This document shows, piece by piece, positions 19,936 through 29,538 of a stretch of DNA of 64,000 nt (positions within the stretch are counted from its first letter, which is position 1; each line of letters opens with the position of its first letter). The DNA lies in assembly GCA_023251455.1 (NCBI GenBank), contig JAHEYT010000046.1, positions 6,258 to 70,257 on the forward strand, written 5' to 3'. The position numbers and the translations under genes were made by a program. The notes under the pieces are model-generated. The model did not search any database. It saw only the letters and a list, made by a program, of their open reading frames with translations, and was not told the origin of the DNA. This DNA is from Bacteroidota bacterium. GTDB lineage: Bacteria > Bacteroidota > Bacteroidia > Bacteroidales > Prolixibacteraceae.

Positions 19936-19980
19936 CTTCGACAGGCTCCCTTCGACTCGCTTCGCTACTCAGGGAGCGGT
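19936..19980. repeat. REP-like CTTCGAC..CTCAG palindromic element
   Basis: CTTCGACAGGCTC followed by the hairpin GCTCCCT-TCGACTCGCTTCGCTACTC-AGGGAGC. Confidence 0.5.
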
Positions 19981-20025
19981 ACTCCAATCTTCATTTTCCC
20001 TTCTCCGGACTTCCGTCTTCCTTTT

Positions 20026-20949
20026 CTAATCCTGAACTTTATGTTTCAGCGACTGAAATCCTTCGCCCATAATTTCGTGCGTGTCCATTACCGTAATAAA
20101 AGCATCCGGATCAATAGTGCTGATAAATTCTTCGAGAATAGCCACTTCGCGGCGGCTTACCACGGTATAAATGATGTGCTTGTCGTTTCCGGTAAACATT
20201 CCGCTACCCTTCAGGTAGGTACCGCCACGTTCCAGGTCAATCAGTATTTTATGCTTGATTTCTTCGTGCTTTTCAGAAATGATCAGCAAAGCCTTGTTGT
20301 AGTCGCCACCTTCCAAAACCAAGTCGATGGCTCGGCCGGTAATGTAGATAACTACCCACGAATACAACGGAATCTGCCAGTCTTTAAAGGCGACCAGACT
20401 GAGCAAAACGATAGTTGAATCCACATAAATCATCAGTTGACCGAGTTGCATACGGGTATATTTTGCAATGATCATAGCAATAATATCAGATCCTCCGGAA
20501 GTTGCACGAGCTTTAAAAATCAATCCAAGTCCGAAGCCAATCAGCACGCCGCCAAACACGCACGAGAGTAAAATGTCGGGAACCAACGGCGCATCGCCAT
20601 TAACACGTAAATAGGTTATCACATCCATAAAAACTGACGAAAGCACAAAGCCGACAACTGTTTTTACCCCAAAGCGTGGCCCCAGAATTTTGATACCTGC
20701 GATGGTGAGCGGAATATTCAGGATTAAACCGAATAGCCCAATCGGGAAACCTTCAGGAGCAAATGAAAACAGACCAACGGTCATGTAATGCACCACAATG
20801 GCAATGCCATACACTCCGCCCGGAACAATGCGGTGGGGCGAAATGAAATACACAAATCCAACGGCCAGAATGAATGCACCGATTACAATCATGCTGTAAT
20901 CTTTGAACCACTTTAGGCTGAAAATTTTGTCGTTCGGAGTAAAGGTCAT
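20026..20949 (-). CDS. YitT family membrane protein
   Basis: PGGVYGIA, NIPL, TSGGSDII, DPDAFI..GEGF. Confidence 0.85.
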   Translation of the reverse strand: MTFTPNDKIFSLKWFKDYSMIVIGAFILAVGFVYFISPHRIVPGGVYGIAIVVHYMTVGLFSFAPEGFPIGLFGLILNIPLTIAGIKILGPRFGVKTVVGFVLSSVFMDVITYLRVNGDAPLVPDILLSCVFGGVLIGFGLGLIFKARATSGGSDIIAMIIAKYTRMQLGQLMIYVDSTIVLLSLVAFKDWQIPLYSWVVIYITGRAIDLVLEGGDYNKALLIISEKHEEIKHKILIDLERGGTYLKGSGMFTGNDKHIIYTVVSRREVAILEEFISTIDPDAFITVMDTHEIMGEGFQSLKHKVQD

Positions 20950-21047
20950 AGAATGGATTTTTTAGTCGAAACGCAAAGGAACGTAGGAAAATCGGGATAA
21001 CCTTTGATTTTTGTCAGCGAAGAAGCAGAATCTAACAGTAAGTCTAT

Positions 21048-22082
21048 TTATTCACCCTTTTTAAATCCATCATTCAAGTTTATCGCAACTGAAATCAGGT
21101 TACTCGATCCTGCGATATGGTAACGCGCCGATCCGTAGCTAATCGCAAAACGTGAAATCCGGAATCCAAATCCCCATGAAAAGCCAACGGTTGACATTTT
21201 TGCATCCAACTTCATTTCTTGTCGAAGCTGGTAATTATAACCGGCCCGCAAAGTAAAATTAGGCGATGGTAGTAACTCGACACCGAGAAGTAGGTGGCGC
21301 ATGAATTTCTTGGTAAACTTATCTTCGGTATAAACGGTGCTGGCTTCGGTATTATCTTCTGTTGGTTTGGCCAAATCCCATTTCTGAAGGTGCTGCATGG
21401 TAGCAGCCAAACGGATTGGCGCGTGTGCCAGTTTTTGCGAAATCCCGAACTGAAGGTCGAATGGAATCGATTCCTGTTCGGCGCCATCGTAATAAGTGGT
21501 AATCTGTGTTCCGATGTTTCTTGCGACCAACGCCACAACTGTATTTTGATTTTTACTGAAATGGGTAATTCCTAAATCGGCAGCAAAACCAATCGACTGA
21601 TAGCTTTCGAAAGATGAAAGTATCGGTTTTAAATTAATTCCGTAAGCAAATTGTTTGTATTTGTTTGACCAAATAATATTCAAAGCATATTCGGCAGCAT
21701 TAAATGTTGCGCCTGTTTTTTCTCCGGTTGCAAGCGCCTCGATAAATTTACCGTAATTGATGTAATGCATTCCTATGGCAAAGTTTCCGGGCAGTGGAGT
21801 ACCAAACGAATAAGCGGCATAACCATAATTTACCCCTGCAAAATAATCAACATAGTTCATTGAAAGCTGATTCCTCATGTCGGGCTTTAGCAGCGAAGGA
21901 TTGTTGTACGAAACATTCAGATCGAGCGAATCGTTTATGGCAACCTGGTTACCGCCTAAAGCTGCCATTCGGGCCGAATTGGTAAGGTTCAGAAAATCGT
22001 AGGTACTTTCTCCTCCTATCTGGCCAAACGCCATTGGATAAATAAATGCCTGAAGAAAAAACAGTATGATAAGTTTACGCAT
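21048..22082 (-). CDS. porQ: Type IX secretion system protein PorQ
   Basis: FLNLTNSARMAALGG, NPSLL, LRAGYN; beta-barrel pattern with signal peptide. Confidence 0.75.
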   Translation of the reverse strand: MRKLIILFFLQAFIYPMAFGQIGGESTYDFLNLTNSARMAALGGNQVAINDSLDLNVSYNNPSLLKPDMRNQLSMNYVDYFAGVNYGYAAYSFGTPLPGNFAIGMHYINYGKFIEALATGEKTGATFNAAEYALNIIWSNKYKQFAYGINLKPILSSFESYQSIGFAADLGITHFSKNQNTVVALVARNIGTQITTYYDGAEQESIPFDLQFGISQKLAHAPIRLAATMQHLQKWDLAKPTEDNTEASTVYTEDKFTKKFMRHLLLGVELLPSPNFTLRAGYNYQLRQEMKLDAKMSTVGFSWGFGFRISRFAISYGSARYHIAGSSNLISVAINLNDGFKKGE

Positions 22083-22186
22083 AACTCACTTGATTCGGCT
22101 TTTTATCCGAACGGTTAAATCCGGCTTTTAGTATTTGATAAATGGTTGAATGGTTTCATTGTCGAAATTTCCTCCGTCTTCCGACT

Positions 22187-23308
22187 TCACTCAAAAAGCT
22201 TATCCAGTTCTTCCGCTTTCGGAATATCATTAAAATGGTATTTCCGAAGGATGGTTCCTTTTTTCAGAACAATCATGCCGGGATTGGAGCGGACAATGGT
22301 TTTCAGGACAATCTCGTCGGTATTAAAAAAATCGAAATTGGCACCGGTTTCGTTTTTGAAAGCCTCAAAACTATCAGGCGAAGTCGAGGTTAACGCGATG
22401 AAATTATAGCCTTTAGCCTTTGCGGCAACAGCCAGACTTGCGGCTTTTTTCATCCCCTCCTTGTCCGTTTTCTGAAGATTGGAAGCAATAACGATAAACG
22501 TATATTTATCATCGTACAAGAAAAAATCTTTAATGTCTTCGCCTTCCGGAGTTTCAATCCTGAAATCGTGAATCGGTGGCGTGTATCCTTTTTGGATCAA
22601 AACGGCATCTTCAGCTTTTACAAACTTCCAGTTTAACGTGTCTTTCCATGGATAGTTGGCTTCAGTAAATTTCTTCTCCTCCCCTGTTTTCAGGTTTTTG
22701 TAAATAAAGTTGTTTTCGTAAATCGCTTTTGGAGCTCCATCCGGAATTTTCATGGCATCAGGAATATTAACCCCAACTTTATACGGACTAAAGTCGATGA
22801 TTGGCAAATGGTTATACGAATAAGTGACCAGGTAAAAATAGACAACCATGGTCATTCCGGTAAAAGCAACAGAAAGGATCGGGCCGTTTTTACTCCGGAA
22901 GTTTTTACGCTGCATGAATACAAAAATGGCAAGGGCAAGCAAAACGACATTTTTGTAAAAGGTTTGCCAGTTGGTAATTACCAGTGCGTCGCCAAAGCAA
23001 CCGCAGTCGGTTACCGGATTGGTGAGTGCCAACACAAAGGTTAAACCGGTAAAAAACAACATAAACGCAAGCATCAGCCAGCTTGTAATCCGGATGAAGA
23101 AATTAAAGATGAACGCAACACCCAGAAAAAGTTCGGCAGCTGCAAGCAAAACACCCAATGCAAAAGCCAGATTGGTGAGCCAGGGCATCTGGAAAGCAGT
23201 AAAATAATCGGTGAATTTATAGGCCGAACCCCATGGATCGATGCCTTTTACAAATCCGGAAAATATAAATGTTAATCCAAGCAGAATGCGCGCAATATGT
23301 TTAAACAT
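22187..23308 (-). CDS. BT_3928-family DoxX/MauE-like membrane protein
   Basis: FIFSGFVKGIDP, DCGCFGDA, KTIVRSNPG. Confidence 0.8.
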   Translation of the reverse strand: MFKHIARILLGLTFIFSGFVKGIDPWGSAYKFTDYFTAFQMPWLTNLAFALGVLLAAAELFLGVAFIFNFFIRITSWLMLAFMLFFTGLTFVLALTNPVTDCGCFGDALVITNWQTFYKNVVLLALAIFVFMQRKNFRSKNGPILSVAFTGMTMVVYFYLVTYSYNHLPIIDFSPYKVGVNIPDAMKIPDGAPKAIYENNFIYKNLKTGEEKKFTEANYPWKDTLNWKFVKAEDAVLIQKGYTPPIHDFRIETPEGEDIKDFFLYDDKYTFIVIASNLQKTDKEGMKKAASLAVAAKAKGYNFIALTSTSPDSFEAFKNETGANFDFFNTDEIVLKTIVRSNPGMIVLKKGTILRKYHFNDIPKAEELDKLFE

Positions 23309-23319
23309 GAAGGTAAATT

Positions 23320-23856
23320 TTAGAATTCAATCTTAATTAACGCAAAAACGGCATAATTGATCATGTCGAGGTAATTTGCTTCAATACCTTCAGAGATGAT
23401 CGTCTTGCCCAAATTATCTTCAATTTGTTTGGTGCGCTTCAGTTTCATCAAAATTAAATCGGTGTACGAGCTCATCCGCATGTTACGCCAGGCTTCGTCG
23501 TAGTCGTGGTTTTTGGCCATCATCAGTTCTTTGGCTTCCGTAAAATATTTCTTGTACAAGCCTAAAGTTTCGTCTTCAGTAAGGTCTTCCGAATCCGAAA
23601 TTCCTTTTTCGAGCTGAATGATACCCATGATGCAGTAATTCACAATCCCGATGTATTCAGAACGGACTCCTTCATCAATTTTGCTGATTCCCTTTTGTTC
23701 AATACTTCTGATTCGCTGAGCTTTAATGTAAATCTGATCGGTCATCGAACTGGGGCGAAGAATGCGCCAGGCGATGCCGTAATCCTTCATTTTTTTTGTA
23801 AAAATATCCTGACAAACAGTTATGACATGATCGTATTGTTGGCTCGTTTTATCCAT
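23320..23856 (-). CDS. DUF1599 tandem-domain protein
   Basis: Two internal repeats KxxDYxxAWR..S.TD.I..K..R..IE..EG..Y..NY. Confidence 0.8.
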   Translation of the reverse strand: MDKTSQQYDHVITVCQDIFTKKMKDYGIAWRILRPSSMTDQIYIKAQRIRSIEQKGISKIDEGVRSEYIGIVNYCIMGIIQLEKGISDSEDLTEDETLGLYKKYFTEAKELMMAKNHDYDEAWRNMRMSSYTDLILMKLKRTKQIEDNLGKTIISEGIEANYLDMINYAVFALIKIEF

Positions 23857-23966
23857 GATTATCGTAATTTTTAGAGCCATAAAAGTATTAATTTAATGTG
23901 TATTTTGATTGCATTTTATTTTACTTTTGTGAAACACATGATTTTAAGAGCTCAAAACTTCATCGT

Positions 23967-24845
23967 ATGTTAATCACCACAACCGCAACTAAATTCCTGA
24001 AACGCAAGAACACAATTAACCTCAACGGGCAGATCCTGAATTTGGCGCAACCTGTTGTAATGGGTATTCTGAATGTTACTCCCGATTCGTTTTTCGATGG
24101 AGGTAAGTATAAAACAGAAAAAAAAGTCGTTCGACGCGCCGAAGAAATTCTGGAACAGGGAGGGGCAGTTATTGATATAGGGGCAATTTCGACGAAGCCC
24201 GGTGCCGATGCCATATCTACTAAAGATGAAATTGATCGACTTTTGCCGGCTGTAAAAGCGGTCCGGAAAAACTTTCCCGATGCATTCATTTCAATCGATA
24301 CTTATCGGTCGTGGGTAGCACTGAAGGTAATCGAAGATTGTGGTCCTTGTATGGTGAACGATGTTTCGGGTGGTAATTTTGATGACAACATGTTCGATAC
24401 CATCGGGAAACTTGGTGTTCCATATGTTCTGATGCACATGCAGGGAAACCCGCTTAAAATGCAGGAAAATCCTGAATACGAAGATATTATTCGCGAAATA
24501 TCGCTTTTTTTTACCGAGAGGGTAAAAAAACTGACCAAGGCCGGAGTTAAAGATGTGATTATCGATCCGGGTTTTGGTTTTGGAAAAACTTTGGAACACA
24601 ATTATGAACTTTTAAACCGGCTCGATTCATTCAAGGTATTTCAGTTGCCACTTATGGTTGGTGCTTCGCGTAAATCGATGATTTACAAATTGCTGAAAAC
24701 AAATCCCGAAGAAGCGCTTAACGGAACAGCGGTGATCAATACTTTGGCTTTGATGGGCGGCGCTGATATTTTACGGGTTCACGATGTTCGGGAAGCTTTA
24801 GAGGCCGTTCGAATACTGAATATGGTTCGCTCAACTTCTGAATAG
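23967..24845 (+). CDS. folP: Dihydropteroate synthase
   Basis: MGILNVTPDSFFDGG, IDPGFGFGK, SRKS, LRVHDV; promoter TACTTTTG near 23922. Confidence 0.95.
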   Translation: MLITTTATKFLKRKNTINLNGQILNLAQPVVMGILNVTPDSFFDGGKYKTEKKVVRRAEEILEQGGAVIDIGAISTKPGADAISTKDEIDRLLPAVKAVRKNFPDAFISIDTYRSWVALKVIEDCGPCMVNDVSGGNFDDNMFDTIGKLGVPYVLMHMQGNPLKMQENPEYEDIIREISLFFTERVKKLTKAGVKDVIIDPGFGFGKTLEHNYELLNRLDSFKVFQLPLMVGASRKSMIYKLLKTNPEEALNGTAVINTLALMGGADILRVHDVREALEAVRILNMVRSTSE

Positions 24846-24864
24846 AAAATTATTGATTCCTTGT

Positions 24865-24929
24865 CGTCACCCTGAACTTGTTTCAGCATCTCACCATAGA
24901 AAAGACCCTGAAACAAGTTCAGCATGACG
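24865..24929. repeat. Inverted REP doublet CGTCACCCTGAACTTGTTTCAGCATCT / AGACCCTGAAACAAGTTCAGCATGACG
   Basis: Two ~27 nt inverted arms, each itself a small hairpin, between folP and cdaA. Confidence 0.7.
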
Positions 24930-24974
24930 TTGCGACAAAATATACTTTTTACTTTTGCCTTTTTACTTTCGCTT

Positions 24975-25763
24975 ATGACCTTGTTTATTACGTTACGGGC
25001 CTTAGATATAGTTGATATCCTGCTGGTTTCTTTTTTACTCTACCAGATGTACCGGATTATCAAAGGAACTGTTGCATTCAGCATTTTCATTGGCTTTTTT
25101 CTGGTTTACGTAAGTTGGCTGGTCATTAAAGCCCTGAACCTTGAATTGCTGAGTACTTTAATGGGGCAATTCATCGGGGTCGGGGTGTTGGCGCTGATCG
25201 TCGTTTTTCAGCAGGAAATCAGGCGTTTTTTGTTGTTAATCGGAACTAACTACCAGACAAACCGCAGCTTTGGGCTTGAAAAACTTTTTGCTTCCGAGAA
25301 AATTAAGCCAGCTACAAATTTGCAGATCAAGGAAATCATAAGAGCATGTGATAATATGGCCCGTTCAAAAACGGGTGCCCTCATTGTTATTCCGCAGAAC
25401 TCCGAGCTAAAAGACATTATTCGTTCGGGCGAAAAAATGAATGCCCGCATTTCTTCAGCTTTAATTGAAACCATTTTCTTTAAAAATACACCTTTGCACG
25501 ATGGTGCCGCGGTCATTGTTGGTAACCGCATTGCTGCCGCTCGCTGCATCCTTCCTCTGACTGAACGACATGACCTTGATCCTAACCTTGGACTTCGACA
25601 TCGGGCTGCTGTTGGCATTTCTGAAGTTACTGATGCCTTGGCTATCGTGGTTTCCGAAGAAAAAGGAACAATCTCGCTCGCTCATCACGGAGAATTAATG
25701 CACAAAATATCTCTTGTCCAACTTACCACCGAACTCGAAAAAGTGATTGTGGAAGAGTCCTAA
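24975..25763 (+). CDS. cdaA: Diadenylate cyclase CdaA/DacA
   Basis: Three TM helices, VFQQEIRRFL, TPLHDGA, GLRHRAA, VSEE. Start placed downstream of the TACTTTTG element at 24950. Confidence 0.9.
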   Translation: MTLFITLRALDIVDILLVSFLLYQMYRIIKGTVAFSIFIGFFLVYVSWLVIKALNLELLSTLMGQFIGVGVLALIVVFQQEIRRFLLLIGTNYQTNRSFGLEKLFASEKIKPATNLQIKEIIRACDNMARSKTGALIVIPQNSELKDIIRSGEKMNARISSALIETIFFKNTPLHDGAAVIVGNRIAAARCILPLTERHDLDPNLGLRHRAAVGISEVTDALAIVVSEEKGTISLAHHGELMHKISLVQLTTELEKVIVEES

Positions 25764-25946
25764 AAAGACGAAAATGTCATTATTCATTAGAAAAATGGAA
25801 TTCAAAGTTTTTCTATTGACTAACGACCATTTACTAATGACTTTCAATTAACATTCGAATTAAGAATGTCTATGTCGTAGCTTCCTTCAGTTTTCATCCA
25901 TTGAATTTCCTAACTTTGCGTCGAATTTCTGAAATCAAATTTTGAC

Positions 25947-26894
25947 ATGGAAAACCGGATTTGTAAACTCTTCGGAATAAAATATCCTATCATTTCAGGA
26001 GGAATGGTTTGGTGTAGCGGCTGGCGTTTGGCTTCCGCTGTCAGCAATAATGGCGGCTTGGGTTTAATTGGTGCTGGTTCAATGCATCCTGATGTGCTGC
26101 GCGAACATATTCAAAAGACTAAACTGGCTACCAGCAAACCTTTTGGCGTAAACGTTCCTCTATTTTATCCTGAATTGGATACAATTATGAATATTATCGT
26201 TGAGGAAAAGGTTCCAGTTGTTTTTACATCGGCCGGAAGTCCGAAAAAATATACAGCATGGCTGAAAGAACGCGGAATAATTGTCGCTCATGTTATCGCC
26301 AGTTCAGCTTTTGCGCTGAAATGTGAAGAAGCCGGAGTAGACGCTATTGTTGCTGAAGGCTTTGAAGCTGGCGGTCACAACGGGAAAGAGGAAACCACGA
26401 CGATGACACTGATCCCGGCTGTTCGGCGGATAACTTCACTGCCATTGATGGCTGCCGGTGGAATTGGAACTGGCGAAGCGATTCTTGCCGCAATGGCTTT
26501 GGGAGCCGATGGGGCGCAAATTGGCTCAAGGTTTGCCATTTCAGAAGAGTCATCAGCTCATCCCGATTTCAAGAAAATGGTAACCGGATTAGTTGAAGGA
26601 GATACCAAGCTGGCCCTGAAAAAAATTGGTGCAGTACGGTTGATTAAAAATGAGTTTTTCCAGACCATTAACAAAATGGAGCAGGACGGTGCAAGTTCCG
26701 ATGATTTACGCGTGATGCTTGGCCGTGGTCGTGCCAAATTAGGAATGTTCGAAGGCGATCTGGAAAAAGGAGAACTCGAAATCGGGCAGGTTGCATCCAT
26801 CATCAACGAAATATTGCCGGTTGAAACCATTATGGCAAACCTGGTTCAGGAATACCAACAGGCCAAAGAACGAATTGATAATTTAAAAATGTGA
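25947..26894 (+). CDS. Nitronate monooxygenase / FabK-like enoyl-ACP reductase
   Basis: YPIISGGM, EGFEAGGH, AAGGI, GAQIGSRF, EIGQVA. Confidence 0.8.
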   Translation: MENRICKLFGIKYPIISGGMVWCSGWRLASAVSNNGGLGLIGAGSMHPDVLREHIQKTKLATSKPFGVNVPLFYPELDTIMNIIVEEKVPVVFTSAGSPKKYTAWLKERGIIVAHVIASSAFALKCEEAGVDAIVAEGFEAGGHNGKEETTTMTLIPAVRRITSLPLMAAGGIGTGEAILAAMALGADGAQIGSRFAISEESSAHPDFKKMVTGLVEGDTKLALKKIGAVRLIKNEFFQTINKMEQDGASSDDLRVMLGRGRAKLGMFEGDLEKGELEIGQVASIINEILPVETIMANLVQEYQQAKERIDNLKM

Positions 26895-26997
26895 AGATTT
26901 GTGAATTTGAAAATTTGAAGATGAAAAAATAAATACAAATTTATCTTCAGATTATTCATTTTTAAATCTTCAAATCATCTCATTTTCAAATCTTTTT

Positions 26998-28236
26998 ATG
27001 ATACATTTTGAACGTACCAAATTAGCAAACGGACTGACTGTGATTGTCCATCAGGATAAAACTACCCCGATGGTTGCTGTGGATGTTTGCTACAACGTGG
27101 GATCCCGCGACGAGGATCCCGATCGCACGGGGTTTGCGCATTTATTTGAGCACCTTATGTTTGGCGGATCGAAACACATTCCGTCATATGACGAACCTTT
27201 GCAAAAAGCAGGTGGCGACAACAATGCATTTACATCGAACGACCTCACCAATTATTACCTGACATTACCCAAAAACAATATTGAGACCGGGTTCTGGCTC
27301 GAATCTGACCGAATGCTCGAACTTGCTTTTTCGAAAAAAAGCCTCGACGTGCAACGAAATGTGGTGATCGAAGAGTTCAAGCAGCGGCAGCTTAATCAAC
27401 CTTACGGCGATGTGTGGCCGTTACTCAGGCAGTTGGCTTATAAAGTACATCCGTACCAGTGGCCTACGATTGGACGCGAAATCAGCCACATTGAAAAAGC
27501 TACGATGCAGCAGGTCAAAGACTTTTTCTTTGCGCATTATGCTCCTGACAATGCTGTGCTGGTTGTTACCGGTGATGTGGATTTCGACCAAATTGTAAAG
27601 CTTGCTGAGCATTGGTTTGGTCCGATCCCGAACCGCAATGTGAAACCGCGAAACATTCCGCAGGAGCCTGAACAAACCGAAATCAGGGAACAGACCGTTA
27701 TTCGAAATGTGCCAAACGACACGATTTACATGGCTTACCACATGGCCGACAGGCTCGATCCGAAATACTATGCAACTGATATGGTTTCGGATGTGCTTTC
27801 GAACGGAAACTCGTCGCGCATGTATATGAATCTTGTTCAGAAAGAAAAACTTTTTACCGAGCTGGATGCTTACCTTTCAGGAGATTATGAACCGGGATTG
27901 TTTGTGGTTTCAGGTAAACCAAGCGATGGAATTTCGTTGGAAACTGCCCGCAAGGCCATTGAACGCGAACTCGACCGCATGAAACAGGACCGCGTGCCTG
28001 AATATGAACTCGAAAAAGTAAAAAATAAAGTAGAAGCCAATATCGTGTACGGCGAAATGAATTACCTGACCAAGGCGATGAACCTGGCTACCAACGAAAT
28101 TCTGGACGATGCCAGCCTAATCAATTCACAGGTTGAAAGTTACCGTGCAGTTACTTCGGAACAAATCCAGGAGGTTTCTCAACACATTTTTAGGCCCGAA
28201 AACTGCTCGGTGCTCAATTACATTGCTAAAAAATAA
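26998..28236 (+). CDS. M16 (pitrilysin family) zinc peptidase, catalytic subunit
   Basis: TGFAHLFEHLMF (HxxEH), NAFT, LESDRM. Confidence 0.9.
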   Translation: MIHFERTKLANGLTVIVHQDKTTPMVAVDVCYNVGSRDEDPDRTGFAHLFEHLMFGGSKHIPSYDEPLQKAGGDNNAFTSNDLTNYYLTLPKNNIETGFWLESDRMLELAFSKKSLDVQRNVVIEEFKQRQLNQPYGDVWPLLRQLAYKVHPYQWPTIGREISHIEKATMQQVKDFFFAHYAPDNAVLVVTGDVDFDQIVKLAEHWFGPIPNRNVKPRNIPQEPEQTEIREQTVIRNVPNDTIYMAYHMADRLDPKYYATDMVSDVLSNGNSSRMYMNLVQKEKLFTELDAYLSGDYEPGLFVVSGKPSDGISLETARKAIERELDRMKQDRVPEYELEKVKNKVEANIVYGEMNYLTKAMNLATNEILDDASLINSQVESYRAVTSEQIQEVSQHIFRPENCSVLNYIAKK

Positions 28237-28239
28237 AAC

Positions 28240-29523
28240 ATGCTGAATCGCAAGATACAACCCACAGTTAATCCGATTGAACACATCGATATGGTGAAGG
28301 CCGAAAAACGGATGCTTTCAAACGGCATTCCGGTTCATTTCGTCAACGCCGGAACCCAGGATGTGGTTAAAATTGATTTTGTTTTCGAAGCCGGAACCTG
28401 GTTTCAGTCTGCCAATCTGGTGGCAAGCCTTTGTAATTCGATGCTTGAAGAAGGCAGCCAAAATTTTACAGCCGCTGAAATTGCCGAAAAGTTCGACTTT
28501 TACGGAGCCCACATACAGCTAACCGTTGACCAGAATCAGGGATTTGTTAGCGTGGTGAGTCTTGGAAAATACCTGCCTGCAATATTGGAAGTGATGGAAG
28601 ATCTGATCAAACGATCGATATTTCCGGAATACGAACTCGAAGTTTTGATTGACAAAAACAAGCAGAAATGGCTGCTCGAAAACGAGAAGGTTCGCACTCT
28701 TTGCCAGAAAAAATTTACACAAGTGATGTTTGGCAACGCCCATCCCTATGCCATCAACAACAAATTGGAAGATTTCGATGTGATCAAACGTGATGATTTG
28801 ATGCAGTTTTACCGCACCTATTATCACGCCGGGAACTGCCATATCATTGCAGCCGGAATGATCGATGAGCAAGTGCTTGGGCTTTTGGACAAGCATTTTG
28901 GCGGAAGCGACTGGACGCAAGAACAAGCTGCCAAACCCGAATACGAAATTTGTACCGATCCGGTGAAAAGGCATCATGTTGAAAAAGCCAGTGGAATTCA
29001 ATCGGCCATTCGGGTTGGTAAGTTTTGGGTTCCGAAAACCCATCCGGATTATCATGCCCTGTCTATTTTGATTACTATTTTGGGCGGTTATTTTGGTTCC
29101 CGATTGATGACCAATATCCGAGAAGAAAAAGGTTATACCTACGGAATCGGAAGTTTTGTTTTGACACTGAAACAAGCCAGTTACCTGGTTATTTCAACCG
29201 AAGTCGGGAATGAATATATTGAACCAACACTTGCAGAAATTGCTGTTGAAATGCATCGGCTTCAGACCGAACTGGTTTCGGAAAACGAATTGGAAACCGT
29301 AAAAAGCTATTTATTAGGCGAGTTTTTGCGCGATTTCGATGGCCCGTTTGCGTTGGCCGGAAGCTTCAAAGCCATTAACGATTTTGGTTTGGATTATACG
29401 TTTTACGACGAGGCGTTGAGGGTTTTGCGCAACATTACCTCAGCCGAATTAATGACCTTGGCGCAGCAATATCTGAATCCGGAAGACTGTTACACGGTTG
29501 TGGCCGGAAATGTCAATCGGTAG
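28240..29523 (+). CDS. M16 family peptidase, non-catalytic partner subunit
   Basis: M16 fold motifs (SRLMTNIREEKGYTY) but no HxxEH; starts 3 bp after the partner gene. Confidence 0.85.
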   Translation: MLNRKIQPTVNPIEHIDMVKAEKRMLSNGIPVHFVNAGTQDVVKIDFVFEAGTWFQSANLVASLCNSMLEEGSQNFTAAEIAEKFDFYGAHIQLTVDQNQGFVSVVSLGKYLPAILEVMEDLIKRSIFPEYELEVLIDKNKQKWLLENEKVRTLCQKKFTQVMFGNAHPYAINNKLEDFDVIKRDDLMQFYRTYYHAGNCHIIAAGMIDEQVLGLLDKHFGGSDWTQEQAAKPEYEICTDPVKRHHVEKASGIQSAIRVGKFWVPKTHPDYHALSILITILGGYFGSRLMTNIREEKGYTYGIGSFVLTLKQASYLVISTEVGNEYIEPTLAEIAVEMHRLQTELVSENELETVKSYLLGEFLRDFDGPFALAGSFKAINDFGLDYTFYDEALRVLRNITSAELMTLAQQYLNPEDCYTVVAGNVNR

Positions 29524-29538
29524 AATTCATCTGATTTA

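Noticed and set aside
24975-25763. Diadenylate cyclase plus patatin as a CBASS-like defence system
   Set aside because: The cyclase is the ordinary three-TM housekeeping CdaA, and the patatin is an exported PlpD-like protein 5 kb away on the other strand.
28519-29175. 218 aa minus-strand ORF
   Set aside because: It is antisense to the M16 subunit gene and is explained by codon bias.
26998-29523. Second M16 gene as a pseudogene
   Set aside because: Active plus inactive M16 heterodimer pairs are well known, and the ORF is intact.
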